A stretch of DNA of 53,292 nt from a virus. Below the pieces are notes generated by a model, which was given only the letters and a program-made list of their open reading frames with translations, had not been told where the DNA came from and made no database searches. Position 1 is the stretch's first letter. Each line of letters opens with the position of its first letter. A program made the translations under genes and the position numbers. The DNA lies in the IMG/VR virus record IMGVR_UViG_3300037297_000142, positions 1 to 53,292 of that record; one strand, given 5' to 3'. This document shows, piece by piece, positions 43,092 to 53,000 of the stretch.

Positions 43092-43844
43092 ATGTCGAAT
43101 ATAGAAATAATTACAGTTCAGTTTAATTATCCACCACCACGGCCAAATTATAAAGTTTTACTTGACGTTTTTCAATTCTCAGTAAAAAAATTTATGCCAA
43201 ATGCAATTTTTATTAAGCATGAAATTAAAGCACCGCCTAACAAAACAAACAGGCCGTTAAACTTCAATTATAATGATGTGAAATTAAAGATTTGGCGCGA
43301 TCATATGCGGAGTACAAAAAATAATGTAATTTTTGCAGACTGTGATATGCTAATGTTAAGGTCTGCTGAACATGCATTTAAAAAAGATTTTGACGTTGCA
43401 TATACCGCGCGTACAATAATCAAGCGTATCCCAATGAACGGAGGCATTGTATTTGCAAGACCGACAAAACGCGCAATTGCTTTTTTCAATGAATGGTATA
43501 ACGTAAATCATAAGATGTTACATGATATTACTTTTCATCATGAATGGCGCGCGCGATGGGCCGGAATGAATCAAGCCGCATTTGGATACATGCATGATCG
43601 CCGTGCAAATTGTGCAAAATTAAAAAAATACATTACGCGTACATGGAATGCTGTTGACTGTGACTGGAATTTTATTGATGAAAATACAGTATTTTGTCAT
43701 TATAAATCTAAATTACGAAAACTTGTACTTTCAGGAAAAGAACCGTTTGGAATATACAGAAAGGCCATGAATATTTGGTACAGAATGAATGATGAAATGA
43801 AAAGGTCAAAAATGTCAAGAAAAAGAAGAAAGAAAACCGCGTGA
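43092..43844 (+). CDS. GT-A-type glycosyltransferase (nucleotide-diphospho-sugar transferase-like), paralog 1
   Basis: 250 aa. FADCDMLMLRS (DxD), DVAYTARTIIKRIPMNGGIVFARPTKRAIAFFNEW. Paralogous to 43841..44518. Confidence 0.6.
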   Translation: MSNIEIITVQFNYPPPRPNYKVLLDVFQFSVKKFMPNAIFIKHEIKAPPNKTNRPLNFNYNDVKLKIWRDHMRSTKNNVIFADCDMLMLRSAEHAFKKDFDVAYTARTIIKRIPMNGGIVFARPTKRAIAFFNEWYNVNHKMLHDITFHHEWRARWAGMNQAAFGYMHDRRANCAKLKKYITRTWNAVDCDWNFIDENTVFCHYKSKLRKLVLSGKEPFGIYRKAMNIWYRMNDEMKRSKMSRKRRKKTA

Positions 43845-44518
43845 AAATAATTACCGTTTGTTTTGCAAGGAAATTTTATTATAATAAATTATTACGTGTT
43901 TTTGAAAATTCTTTAAAAGCCGTAATGCCGAAAATAAAACCAAAGATTTTACGTCCTAAACTTCCGAGGAGTATTGATCATAAAAGAGACACGGCATTTG
44001 CCTTTATCGCCGCCGCAAAATATGTATTAAAAGCAAAACACCTAACGGCCGTTTGTGACTGTGATTTAATGTTTTTAAAGAGTATTGCTGATATAACAGA
44101 AAAAGATTTTGATATTGCGGTAACAACACGTTCAAAAGTAAAATATAATACAGGGTTATGGTTTTATCGTCCGTCAAATAACGCGGCTTTATTTGTACGT
44201 GAATGGATTGAACAGACAAATAATATAATGAAAGATTTTTGTACCTGGGAAGATTTCTGCTGGAATCATGGAGGAATAGATCAGGCATCTTTATATTTAA
44301 CAATAAGAAAATTAAAAAGGAAAATAAAAATATTAGAATTACCCTGTGAAGAATGGAATTCGACACAAAGCGAATGGCGTTATATTGATGAAAATACAAG
44401 GATAATACATATTAAAAGTCAATTACGCGGTTTTTGTTGTAAGCCGAATAAAAATAAAATAACTGAAAAATGGGAATTCTTAAGACCTTATGTTAAAATG
44501 TGGAAAGGGTTTTTATGA
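43841..44518 (+). CDS. GT-A-type glycosyltransferase, paralog 2
   Basis: 225 aa. VCDCDLMFLKS, DIAVTTRSKVKYNTGLWFYRPSNNAALFVREW, IDENTRIIHIKSQLRG. Collinear with paralog 1. Confidence 0.6.
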   Translation: MKIITVCFARKFYYNKLLRVFENSLKAVMPKIKPKILRPKLPRSIDHKRDTAFAFIAAAKYVLKAKHLTAVCDCDLMFLKSIADITEKDFDIAVTTRSKVKYNTGLWFYRPSNNAALFVREWIEQTNNIMKDFCTWEDFCWNHGGIDQASLYLTIRKLKRKIKILELPCEEWNSTQSEWRYIDENTRIIHIKSQLRGFCCKPNKNKITEKWEFLRPYVKMWKGFL

Positions 44519-45132
44519 TTTTACCGGATAACTGTGAAAATCTTATAAAATTACAAAGGTCAAAATATGGAAAATCAGATATAAAAAAATCTTTCCAGGA
44601 TGATCTTGAAAATGAATTTAACTCAATAATAAATTTCCTTCCCGAAGATTGTAAAAAAATAATTGACATAGGCTGCGGGCTTGCTGGTATATCTATTCAA
44701 TTACATCATTATTATGATTCACCGTTTTTATATTTGGTGGATAAAAATGAAATAACACAAAATTTAAAATACGGATTTTCTGAAAATCCATCGTTTTATA
44801 ATTCATTTGAAATTTTAGAAAAGATAATGAAGTTAAATAATATTGGAAATTATGAATTTGTTTCTCCCGATAATGATTTTTCAAAGATGAAAAATATTGA
44901 TATTGTAATTTCTTTATTGGCTTGTGGTTTTCATTTTCCCCTTTATCATTATTTTGGAAGAATATATGAAAGTCTTTCAAAAAATGGAATACTTATTGTC
45001 GATATAAGAAAACAACAGTATAATAATGAAATAAAATTGATTGAATTATATTTTAGAAATTATGAAGAAATACAAACAGATAATCCGAAAACTGTACGGA
45101 TATGCGCAAAGGAGAAAATATGTCTGGCGTAA
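44515..45132 (+). CDS. Class I SAM-dependent methyltransferase
   Basis: ATGA-overlap start at 44515. Motif I IIDIGCGLAGIS. Confidence 0.55.
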   Translation: MILPDNCENLIKLQRSKYGKSDIKKSFQDDLENEFNSIINFLPEDCKKIIDIGCGLAGISIQLHHYYDSPFLYLVDKNEITQNLKYGFSENPSFYNSFEILEKIMKLNNIGNYEFVSPDNDFSKMKNIDIVISLLACGFHFPLYHYFGRIYESLSKNGILIVDIRKQQYNNEIKLIELYFRNYEEIQTDNPKTVRICAKEKICLA

Positions 45133-45710
45133 CAAAAGACGGAAAATTAAAACCTTATAAAAAAAGAATGAGGTGGGACGCGATACTATCCCGGTTACCT
45201 GAAAACAAAAAATTAAAAGGTGCGGAAATTGGAGTGTTAAACGGTAATACCGCCGCGCGCCTTTTAAGGGCAAGGCCATTATTAACACATATTATGATTG
45301 ATCCGTGGTGCGTACCCGGAAAGAATTCGTCATATTGGAAGTCAGCGGATGCAAATGCAAGAAAAGCGCAAAGAGAGCATGAGGCGGCATATCAAAGAAC
45401 ACTGAAGGTGACGGCGTTTGCTGGTAGTCGCGGGCGTGTTATGCGTATGACTTCGGAATTGGCAGCTCCGCAAATAAAAAACGGTTCTCTTGATTTTGTA
45501 TTCCTTGACGGTGATCATAGTTATCCAGGGATGAAAAAAGATATTGAACTCTGGACAAAGAAAGTAAAGCCGGGCGGATGGATAGGCGGGCATGATTACA
45601 AGCATGAAACGCGTCCCGATCTTCACGGAATTGACAAGGCCGTTGAGGAAGCTTTCCCGGTTAATAAAATAGAGATAGATGCAAATCACACTTGGTTTGT
45701 GAGGTTATAA
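45120..45710 (+). CDS. SAM-dependent methyltransferase (TylF / Methyltransf_24-like)
   Basis: Start at ATG 45120 after AAGGAG. GAEIGVLNGNTA and FVFLDGDHSYPGMKKDIELWTKKVKPGGWIGGHDY. About 50% GC in the lines counted, well above its neighbours. Confidence 0.6.
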   Translation: MSGVTKDGKLKPYKKRMRWDAILSRLPENKKLKGAEIGVLNGNTAARLLRARPLLTHIMIDPWCVPGKNSSYWKSADANARKAQREHEAAYQRTLKVTAFAGSRGRVMRMTSELAAPQIKNGSLDFVFLDGDHSYPGMKKDIELWTKKVKPGGWIGGHDYKHETRPDLHGIDKAVEEAFPVNKIEIDANHTWFVRL

Positions 45711-45715
45711 TTATA

Positions 45716-46117
45716 ATGTGTGTGGAAGATAAAATAATAAAAGAATTAGAGAATGAAAAACAAGATATACTTGAAGCGGTACAAATAATTAAAGACTTCG
45801 GTCCTGATGTAAAAGCTATACGTGTTATGTTAGATGATCATAAAAAAAGAATTGATGAGGAAGTACTGGAGAGAAAAGAGGAAAATAAAAGGATTACTTC
45901 AAACTATTTAAAAAGATTTGAAAAAATTGAAATTCTTATAAATTGTGTTAATAAAGGAATTAATACAAAATTTAAAGACTTTGTTATTGATATGAAAAAT
46001 GAATTAAAATCAACTAATAAGCTTATTATAAGTCTTTTTGTAACAATATTTATTATGTTTATGGGTAGTACTATATTTGTTGTCTTAAATAATATTTTTA
46101 AATGGATTACGATATGA
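45716..46117 (+). CDS. Coiled-coil protein with a C-terminal transmembrane helix
   Basis: 133 aa. K/E-rich helix followed by LIISLFVTIFIMFMGSTIFVVL. Confidence 0.5.
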   Translation: MCVEDKIIKELENEKQDILEAVQIIKDFGPDVKAIRVMLDDHKKRIDEEVLERKEENKRITSNYLKRFEKIEILINCVNKGINTKFKDFVIDMKNELKSTNKLIISLFVTIFIMFMGSTIFVVLNNIFKWITI

Positions 46118-46668
46118 TTTATGTTGTAATGGGCATGTCAAAAAGTGGAACTACTCTTGTATCAAAAACTCTTCACGAGTCTGGTATAAATATGTATCCT
46201 GGAAAAACCGGAAATTATAAGCAAAGCAAATATGAAGATCCTGAAATGATAAAAATCCTTTTAAAAATGTTCAACACAAAAAAATTACAATCTTTATATA
46301 TTCCAGAAAAGATAATTATAAATGATAAAATAAGAAATGATATAAAAAATTATATTTCAAAGCGTAGTTGCTGTCATAATTGGGGATTTAAGCAACCGTG
46401 GGTAACGCTTGCTTATTTACATTTTTTACATTTTCTACCTGAACATACAGCAATAGGAATACAAAGAAGCCCGGCAGGGTTAATTAATCATTGGAAAAAA
46501 CGCGGTAAAAAAGTTAATGAAAAAAAAGTAAAATACGTTCAAAATATTTATAATACTCTTATGCAAGGTTATGGAATATCGATTTTAAGTTTTGAGAATT
46601 TTATAAAAAACGGTCCCGGTGAATTGGAGAAAATAACAGGATTAAGATTAAAGGATGTGCGATCATGA
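46102..46668 (+). CDS. Sulfotransferase-like protein
   Basis: 188 aa. GMSKSGTTLV (PAPS 5'-phosphosulfate loop-like, K-x-G-T-T) and WGFKQPWVTLAYLHFLHFLPEHTAIGIQRSPAGL (resembles GxKdP....fP...i.i.RdP of bacterial sulfotransferases). Confidence 0.55.
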   Translation: MDYDMIYVVMGMSKSGTTLVSKTLHESGINMYPGKTGNYKQSKYEDPEMIKILLKMFNTKKLQSLYIPEKIIINDKIRNDIKNYISKRSCCHNWGFKQPWVTLAYLHFLHFLPEHTAIGIQRSPAGLINHWKKRGKKVNEKKVKYVQNIYNTLMQGYGISILSFENFIKNGPGELEKITGLRLKDVRS

Positions 46669-47000
46669 CAAATCTTGAAGAGGTACGGTTTATAATAGAT
46701 GACAAAAACAAAAATGATTTTTCTGATGCGGAAATAAACCATTTTTTTAATCAAGTAAATTCTGTAAATTACGTAGTATATAAATTATGTAATATTCTGA
46801 TTATAAAATTAAGGAATCAATTACTTGAAGCCGATACAACCGGAACTGAAGATACAAGATTAGCGAGTTTAACCAGCCGGATGAGGGTTTTACAGGCTAT
46901 TCAAAATGAGTATAAAGAGTTATATGAAAATGAAGATTCAAACGATACAGGACGATATATAAGTACAGTAAAACCGACTATTGCAGGCGGTGACATTTGA
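46665..47000 (+). CDS. Head-tail connector (gp6-like adaptor)
   Basis: 111 aa. TNLEEVRFIIDDKNKNDFSDAEINHFFNQ resembles the l.evK.hlRid..d..D..i..li N-terminus of this family. Confidence 0.45.
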   Translation: MTNLEEVRFIIDDKNKNDFSDAEINHFFNQVNSVNYVVYKLCNILIIKLRNQLLEADTTGTEDTRLASLTSRMRVLQAIQNEYKELYENEDSNDTGRYISTVKPTIAGGDI

Positions 47001-47398
47001 GCTTGATTTTATTACGAAAATATCACAAGGAAAAAATATTAAATAATAGTTTTTCCTTGTCTGGGAAATTATATCCATTAATTGATAATGGTCATGGAAA
47101 TTTGATTGAAAATAGAAACGGTGTACCGACACCTAAGAGTTATGTGAACCCTGTACGGATTTCAACTCTTAAAAAAACAATACAGAAAAAGGATGATTCC
47201 GGTACACCTGTAAGTATTGAAAAATATTATTATTTCATGATAAGTGATTATGAAACTATTGTTGATTTGCGGCTTGAATTTGTGTATTTTTCAAAAACTC
47301 TTAAAGTAACACAAAGAAGAGAATTAAAAAAATTTTCCGGTGTAATCGGATATGAATATGAATTGAAAGATATTACAGAGGGCGTTATATATGCTTAA
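46997..47398 (+). CDS. Head closure / neck protein (positional)
   Basis: 133 aa, non-ATG start, 4-nt overlap with the upstream gene. Confidence 0.35.
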   Translation: MSLILLRKYHKEKILNNSFSLSGKLYPLIDNGHGNLIENRNGVPTPKSYVNPVRISTLKKTIQKKDDSGTPVSIEKYYYFMISDYETIVDLRLEFVYFSKTLKVTQRRELKKFSGVIGYEYELKDITEGVIYA

Positions 47399-47633
47399 AG
47401 AAATTAAAGTAATTGACAGAGATGGAAATCAAATTATACCAGATAAAAAAAGTAATTTGATAACGATTCCTGTTAATGGAAGAATTGAATTTGTTGATGT
47501 TCAGACGGCTAAAGATTTGATTTCAATAATTAGAGGTCAATTAAATATATTGGAGGCTCAAAGAATTGAGCGCAAAACAGGTAATAGAAAACATACGACA
47601 CATATTGACGGTAAAGAAAATAGCTCAACTTGA
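47391..47633 (+). CDS. Hypothetical neck-module protein (80 aa)
   Basis: Track ORF; overlaps the next ORF by 68 nt. Confidence 0.35.
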   Translation: MLKEIKVIDRDGNQIIPDKKSNLITIPVNGRIEFVDVQTAKDLISIIRGQLNILEAQRIERKTGNRKHTTHIDGKENSST

Positions 47634-47928
47634 CGCGCTTAATAGATATTACGCGGCGCTTGCAATCAAGTATTTTATAAGCGTACAAAAAACTGGAATT
47701 GGAAATCCTGGGAAATATTGGGTAAATCAGACAGAGCAGGCGGCAGCGCGTATGTTTGCCGATGCATTTAGGGAAGGTAAAACAATAGGGTGGTTTATAG
47801 CTCACGGTGTTGACTATGGAATTTATTTGACGTTATGTAATGACAGAAAACATGACGCACTGACATCGATTATAAAAAGATTTGCAGGGCGTTATTTTTC
47901 TGATGTAAAGAAGGTAATGGAGAGTTGA
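47566..47928 (+). CDS. Neck / tail-completion protein (positional)
   Basis: 120 aa. TTG start 9 nt after GGAGG. Confidence 0.35.
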   Translation: MSAKQVIENIRHILTVKKIAQLDALNRYYAALAIKYFISVQKTGIGNPGKYWVNQTEQAAARMFADAFREGKTIGWFIAHGVDYGIYLTLCNDRKHDALTSIIKRFAGRYFSDVKKVMES

Positions 47929-48302
47929 AAAAAGCGATTGAAGACAGATTGAAAACAGGAAGTATAACTCGGGTATATCCGAAAGGTGATGTTGTATCAA
48001 ATATCCAACCGCCTTACATTATAATTGGCGGTCCTGTATTAGTTCCGCAACCCGGAAATGAGGATAGAGGAAAAAATCAATATACAATCTATGTTCATTT
48101 TCAAAGAGGTTATGTTGATCAGCTTGACGACTATATATATATTGAACTTGTATCGTTATTACACAAACAACGGTTAACCATGAGAGACGGAAGAAAGGCG
48201 ACTCTACATATATCCGGCGCACCTTCCGATCTCATAGAGGGTAATGATGACGGTACAATTTCAAAAGAAAGAATTTTTATCACGGCAGCAATTTACTCAT
48301 AA
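47925..48302 (+). CDS. Tail terminator-like protein (DUF3168-like)
   Basis: 125 aa. ...RVYPKGDVVSNIQPPYIIIG... resembles the vy......lPyiv motif. Lies directly upstream of the tail tube gene. Confidence 0.4.
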   Translation: MKKAIEDRLKTGSITRVYPKGDVVSNIQPPYIIIGGPVLVPQPGNEDRGKNQYTIYVHFQRGYVDQLDDYIYIELVSLLHKQRLTMRDGRKATLHISGAPSDLIEGNDDGTISKERIFITAAIYS

Positions 48303-48316
48303 GGAGGTATATCAAA

Positions 48317-49300
48317 ATGGGTATAGATATAAATAAAAAAACGGAATTCGGTCCTGAAGGTTTTCTTATTGCAAGAAACAACCCGGACGGAACTCCTCCG
48401 AGTCCATCCCGGGTATTGGGTTTTTACGGGACCGTGAATCTTTCAGCATACGGACCCGATAATGACGCATACCTGGGAATTAAAATTGATAACAACGCGA
48501 TACAAACAAATCAGGTTGACTGGACAGCGGCGGTTGACAAATCGGCGGTGACAGTCCAGGAAATGGTAAACGCAATTAACGCGGCAGGTTTCACCGACAT
48601 TACCGCTTCAGTTGATACGGCAACAAGCAGATTATTAATACAGTATACGGGTACTGGAAACCCGACATTTTTACAGGTTTTTTCAGTTGACACCCACCCG
48701 ACGTTTGCGGCGGAATTGGACTTTGGACAAGGTCAAACGTTTGGCGGTGAAGGGCTGATATATTTTGAGGCGTTTGATAATGCGCGGAGTATTGGATTGC
48801 CGAAAAATATTAAGGATTCTGAAGAAATCGAAAATGAATCTGGTGACGGTACACTTATAACAGTTATTATTCCGGCAATTGTAAAAGGTTACAATCCTGT
48901 TCTCACGTGTACTGATAATGACTATCAAATCAAACAGCTAATCCAGGGCGGTACATGGGTTTCTTTAACTTCCACATATACGCCGCCGTTATCATCACAG
49001 ACAAGAAGGCCGATTTTTAATATTATTCTTTTTTCACCTTTGTATAATAAGGGCAGTAATCAGCTGGAAGATGAGGCAGGGTATTTAATGAGGCGGATTA
49101 ATTCAATTACCGGTTATGAGTCTGATGAAACATTTGAAACGAAAACATTAAAGGAAACGGCTTATAATTGTAAGGCAACAGAATACGAAAATCAGAATGA
49201 TGTAAAACAGCCTTTTTACACTGATAAAAATCTTTCCAGTGAAGAATTCGAAGCGCTTCACGTTGATGAAATTACCCCGGATACGGACATAGACACATAA
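48317..49300 (+). CDS. Major tail (tube) protein
   Basis: 327 aa with a strong AGGAGG RBS, located before the chaperone and TMP genes. No sheath-sized gene is present. Confidence 0.55.
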   Translation: MGIDINKKTEFGPEGFLIARNNPDGTPPSPSRVLGFYGTVNLSAYGPDNDAYLGIKIDNNAIQTNQVDWTAAVDKSAVTVQEMVNAINAAGFTDITASVDTATSRLLIQYTGTGNPTFLQVFSVDTHPTFAAELDFGQGQTFGGEGLIYFEAFDNARSIGLPKNIKDSEEIENESGDGTLITVIIPAIVKGYNPVLTCTDNDYQIKQLIQGGTWVSLTSTYTPPLSSQTRRPIFNIILFSPLYNKGSNQLEDEAGYLMRRINSITGYESDETFETKTLKETAYNCKATEYENQNDVKQPFYTDKNLSSEEFEALHVDEITPDTDIDT

Positions 49301-49301
49301 A

Positions 49302-50039
49302 ATGGAAATTGACGTAAAAAATAATAAACCCCCTGAAGGGTATAACCCGATTCATGTTATACGCGGTGCTATGTTTCACGAAATATGTGTACCGTTTAAT
49401 AACTCCCCTGTGTGGTGTTATGTTACATGTTTAAATAGCATTCAAATACAATCAGCGGGCGATATATCTTGTTTGTGTTTTAATGATGAAAAAAAATCAG
49501 AAAAATATGATATAATCGAAGTCATAAAAAGGAAAAATGTTCAAGAAAACCTTGTGAAACTCGTGCTTGTCAAACCTACCTTTGATGAAATTATCGGGAT
49601 GATAATTGATGAAAATTTTATAATTTCTGAAAAAATAAAAGCGCTTGAAAAAATTAAAAACGAAATAAAAACAGCGCAGTTAAACAATTCAGAGAGAAAA
49701 AAATTGCAAAGGAAGATTGAAAAAATCGAGTTTCACATTGGTTTTTTACTGCCTGATGATACGATGAGTTTCCTTACTTCATGGGCACTTGGTATTGAAA
49801 TAACTGATATAAAAAAATTATCACGTGATATATTGTTAGACGCTGCAATAATGGCGGCAAATGGAAAGGATAATCCATCCGATCATATAACAGGAGTATT
49901 CACGGATTTTCAGCGTGAAGATATAAACAAACACGCATGGTATATTTATAAGGAATATATTGACGATAAAGAACGTGAAAGCAAACTAAAAAAATCTAAA
50001 TATAGATGGTATGGCGGAAAAAATAAAGTAAATGCCTGA
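49302..50039 (+). CDS. Tail assembly chaperone (positional)
   Basis: 245 aa, between the tube and TMP genes, overlapping the TMP start by 8 nt. Confidence 0.45.
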   Translation: MEIDVKNNKPPEGYNPIHVIRGAMFHEICVPFNNSPVWCYVTCLNSIQIQSAGDISCLCFNDEKKSEKYDIIEVIKRKNVQENLVKLVLVKPTFDEIIGMIIDENFIISEKIKALEKIKNEIKTAQLNNSERKKLQRKIEKIEFHIGFLLPDDTMSFLTSWALGIEITDIKKLSRDILLDAAIMAANGKDNPSDHITGVFTDFQREDINKHAWYIYKEYIDDKERESKLKKSKYRWYGGKNKVNA

Positions 50040-53000
50040 AAATGCCGGTAGTATATATAGTTCATTATTTTTAAAACTCGATCAACTGGACAGGGGAATA
50101 CTCCAGGTACAAAATAAATTAACAAAACTTGAAAAAACAACCCAGGCAAAGGCGGGCGGTTTCGCATCATTCTGGAGAAATGCTTTTCAAACGGCTTTCG
50201 GATTCGGAATAGTTCAACTAATCGGAAAAGTGACAGCAGCTATAAGAAATGCAATTGGTATTTTTTCAGGTTTTCAACAGAGTATGCAGAATGTAAAATC
50301 TGTGACAGGTGCGACAGAAGAGGAATTCCGGCAAATGACCGAAGCTGCAAAGGAAGCCGGAGAAACAACCAGATTCACGGGACGGCAGGCGGCGGACGCA
50401 TTGTACTATCTGGGTTCTGCCGGGTTCACTGCTCAACAGTCTATTGCGGCATTAGACGGCGTGCTACAATTGGCTGGAGCTACACAAGCCGATCTTGCGT
50501 CTACTTCTGAAGCCGTCGCGTCAATAATTTCTCAATATAGTTTGCAGGCTGAAGACGCGTCCAGGGTTAGCAATGTATTTGCCGCCGCGATTGGAAATAG
50601 TCAAGCGACTATGGAAAAATTGACTAATTCTTTCCGGCAGGTAGGACCGGTTGCGGCTGGACTCGGAATGTCATTAGAGCAGACTACCGGAGCGCTTCAA
50701 ATTCTTTATAATGCTGGTTTCCGGGGGCAGGCTGCGGGCCGGGCGTTAAAATCAGCTTTGGCGGATCTTGCATCACCGACTACAAACATGCAGAAAATAT
50801 TTACAAAACTTGGTGTATCGCTTAATTCCGTTAACCCTGCTACAAATGAATTAAGCGATATTATTGATGTACTCGGGAAATCAGGCGCGGATACTGCCGA
50901 CATCATAGATGCATTCGGAAAAATTGCAGGTCCGCAAATGGCCGTATTGATTAAGCAGGGCGGAAACGCGTTAAGAAAATACACACAAGATGTAACGGAC
51001 ACAAATGCGGCTACTGAAATGTACAGAATTCAAAATGATTCTTTAGCTGGCAGCCTGGATTTTTTGAAATCAAAACTTGAAGGCGTTGCAATAGCTATTT
51101 TTGAAAAGCTTTCCCCCGGTATGCGGGAAATGATAGATAGTTTTATATCATTTCTTGACGCGGCAAAACCGGCGGGCGTATTATTAGGGCAAGTCCTTAA
51201 TATACTATTAAAAATAGCTTCTTTTTCTGTAAAAGGTATTACAAATGTTTTTAAAACGCTAAATGACATATTTGGAGTATCTTCTATAGAAATGGAAAAA
51301 GCAGCGCAGGGAATTGACAAGGTGACGGAATCAATACAGCGCGCCGGGGAATTGGGAAATACAGCAAAAAAATTAAATGAACTTACAGACGAATATGAAC
51401 AGTTAAAATCAAAAACAAATCTTACGGAAAATGAACAGGACAGATTGAAAGCCGTAATCATGGCTATAAAAAATATTATGCCCGATGCAATTACAAAATT
51501 CGACGAATATGGAAACGCTATTGAAGTATCCGGAGAGAAAACACGTGAAGCCGCAAAACAAATGTTAATTGCAAGAGAAGCCGAATTGTCAAAATCTTTA
51601 TCCCTGCTGAAAGTAAGTGAAACCCTGTATAAAAATCAGATAAGAGAAAATGAAACGCAGGCCAAACTTGCAAAACAAAACAGGAACCGTCTTATTGCTG
51701 AAAGCGCAAACGCGGAGGCGCGGCTTGCAATACTCGAAAAATTGAGAATAGAATATAACCGGCAAATTGACGGACTAACAGGAAGTGAGACGGCTGCCGA
51801 TGCATATAATAAAACTATAAAATTATTGAATTCTGATTTAAAAAAAGTTGGTCTTAGTTTTAAAAATCAAGTTAGTTCAGTGTATGAGGCAAATCAACAG
51901 TTTCAAAATATAAACAGAGAAATACAGAAAGCTAATAAAACATATACGGATTATGCAAAGGCAATATCAAAACCAACACGGGCGGAACTAATAACAGAAG
52001 AGGCAACAAAAAAACTCCAGGAAATCGCGGATCTTGAAAAACAAATACAGGAAATTCAGGGGCAAATAAAAGATATAGAAAAAATTGACCCTGCTGATGA
52101 TAGCGCACCTGAAAAACTTGATTCGCTTTCTCAAAAAATAAATGAATTTTGGGAAAGTTTCAAAAACGATCTTCAGGATGCTACGCGGGAAAGTGAACTT
52201 TTCGGTAAAAAACAAGATGTGTTAAAAGCAAAACTTGATTTTCTACGGTCCAGTTATCTTAATTTGCTGAATGAAGGTATTGACCCGGCTTCCAGTACCA
52301 TGCAAAAATTAAGGCAGGAATATGATTTAACGTTAATTGAATTGAATGCGCTTATTGAAAATGAAAAAAGACACACTGAAGAATTACAAAACAAAGAAAA
52401 AGCAGAGCAGGACATTCAAAAGATGACTGCTGATTATTATGATAAAATACAGGAACTTGGGAAATCTGAAAATGAATTAATTGAAATTGAGAGAAACCGC
52501 GCTATAACTTCAGTATATGCAAGCGGCGCCAGTGTAGAGGCAATACAAAAAGCTATTGAGGCGATAAATTTATATTATGATAAATTAAAAGAAAATTCAG
52601 AGCAGACAAAAGAACAGGTAAAAATTACATTTGATGACATGTTAAGTTATGCTCAACAATTAGCGAATGCATTAACAGGGTTATGGCAGGCTATTACACA
52701 AGCCCGGCTTGACGAACTTGACAGACAAATGCAAGCAGAACTTGACGCGGCTGAATTATCAGAAGAGACGGAAAGGGAACGACTTGAAAGGGAGCTTGAA
52801 GAGGCAAAAAAAGCAGGGGACAAAGAACGCGCACAGGAAATAGAAAATGAAATGAAGCGGCTTGAAATCAAAGAAAAATATGAAAAAGAAGCCGCGATGA
52901 TAAAATATAAAGCTGCTCTCCAGGAATGGAAATTTAGTCTTGCAGCGGCTATAGTAAGTTTAGCGCAGGGAATAAATAAAGCGGTTGCAAGCGCGCCTTG

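Noticed and set aside
49988-49994. A7 run near the end of the tail chaperone gene as a possible -1 frameshift site (G/GT-type)
   Set aside because: A -1 shift at this run reaches a stop almost immediately (aaa aaa atc taa), so no extended product would be made. The TMP start overlaps the chaperone stop directly.
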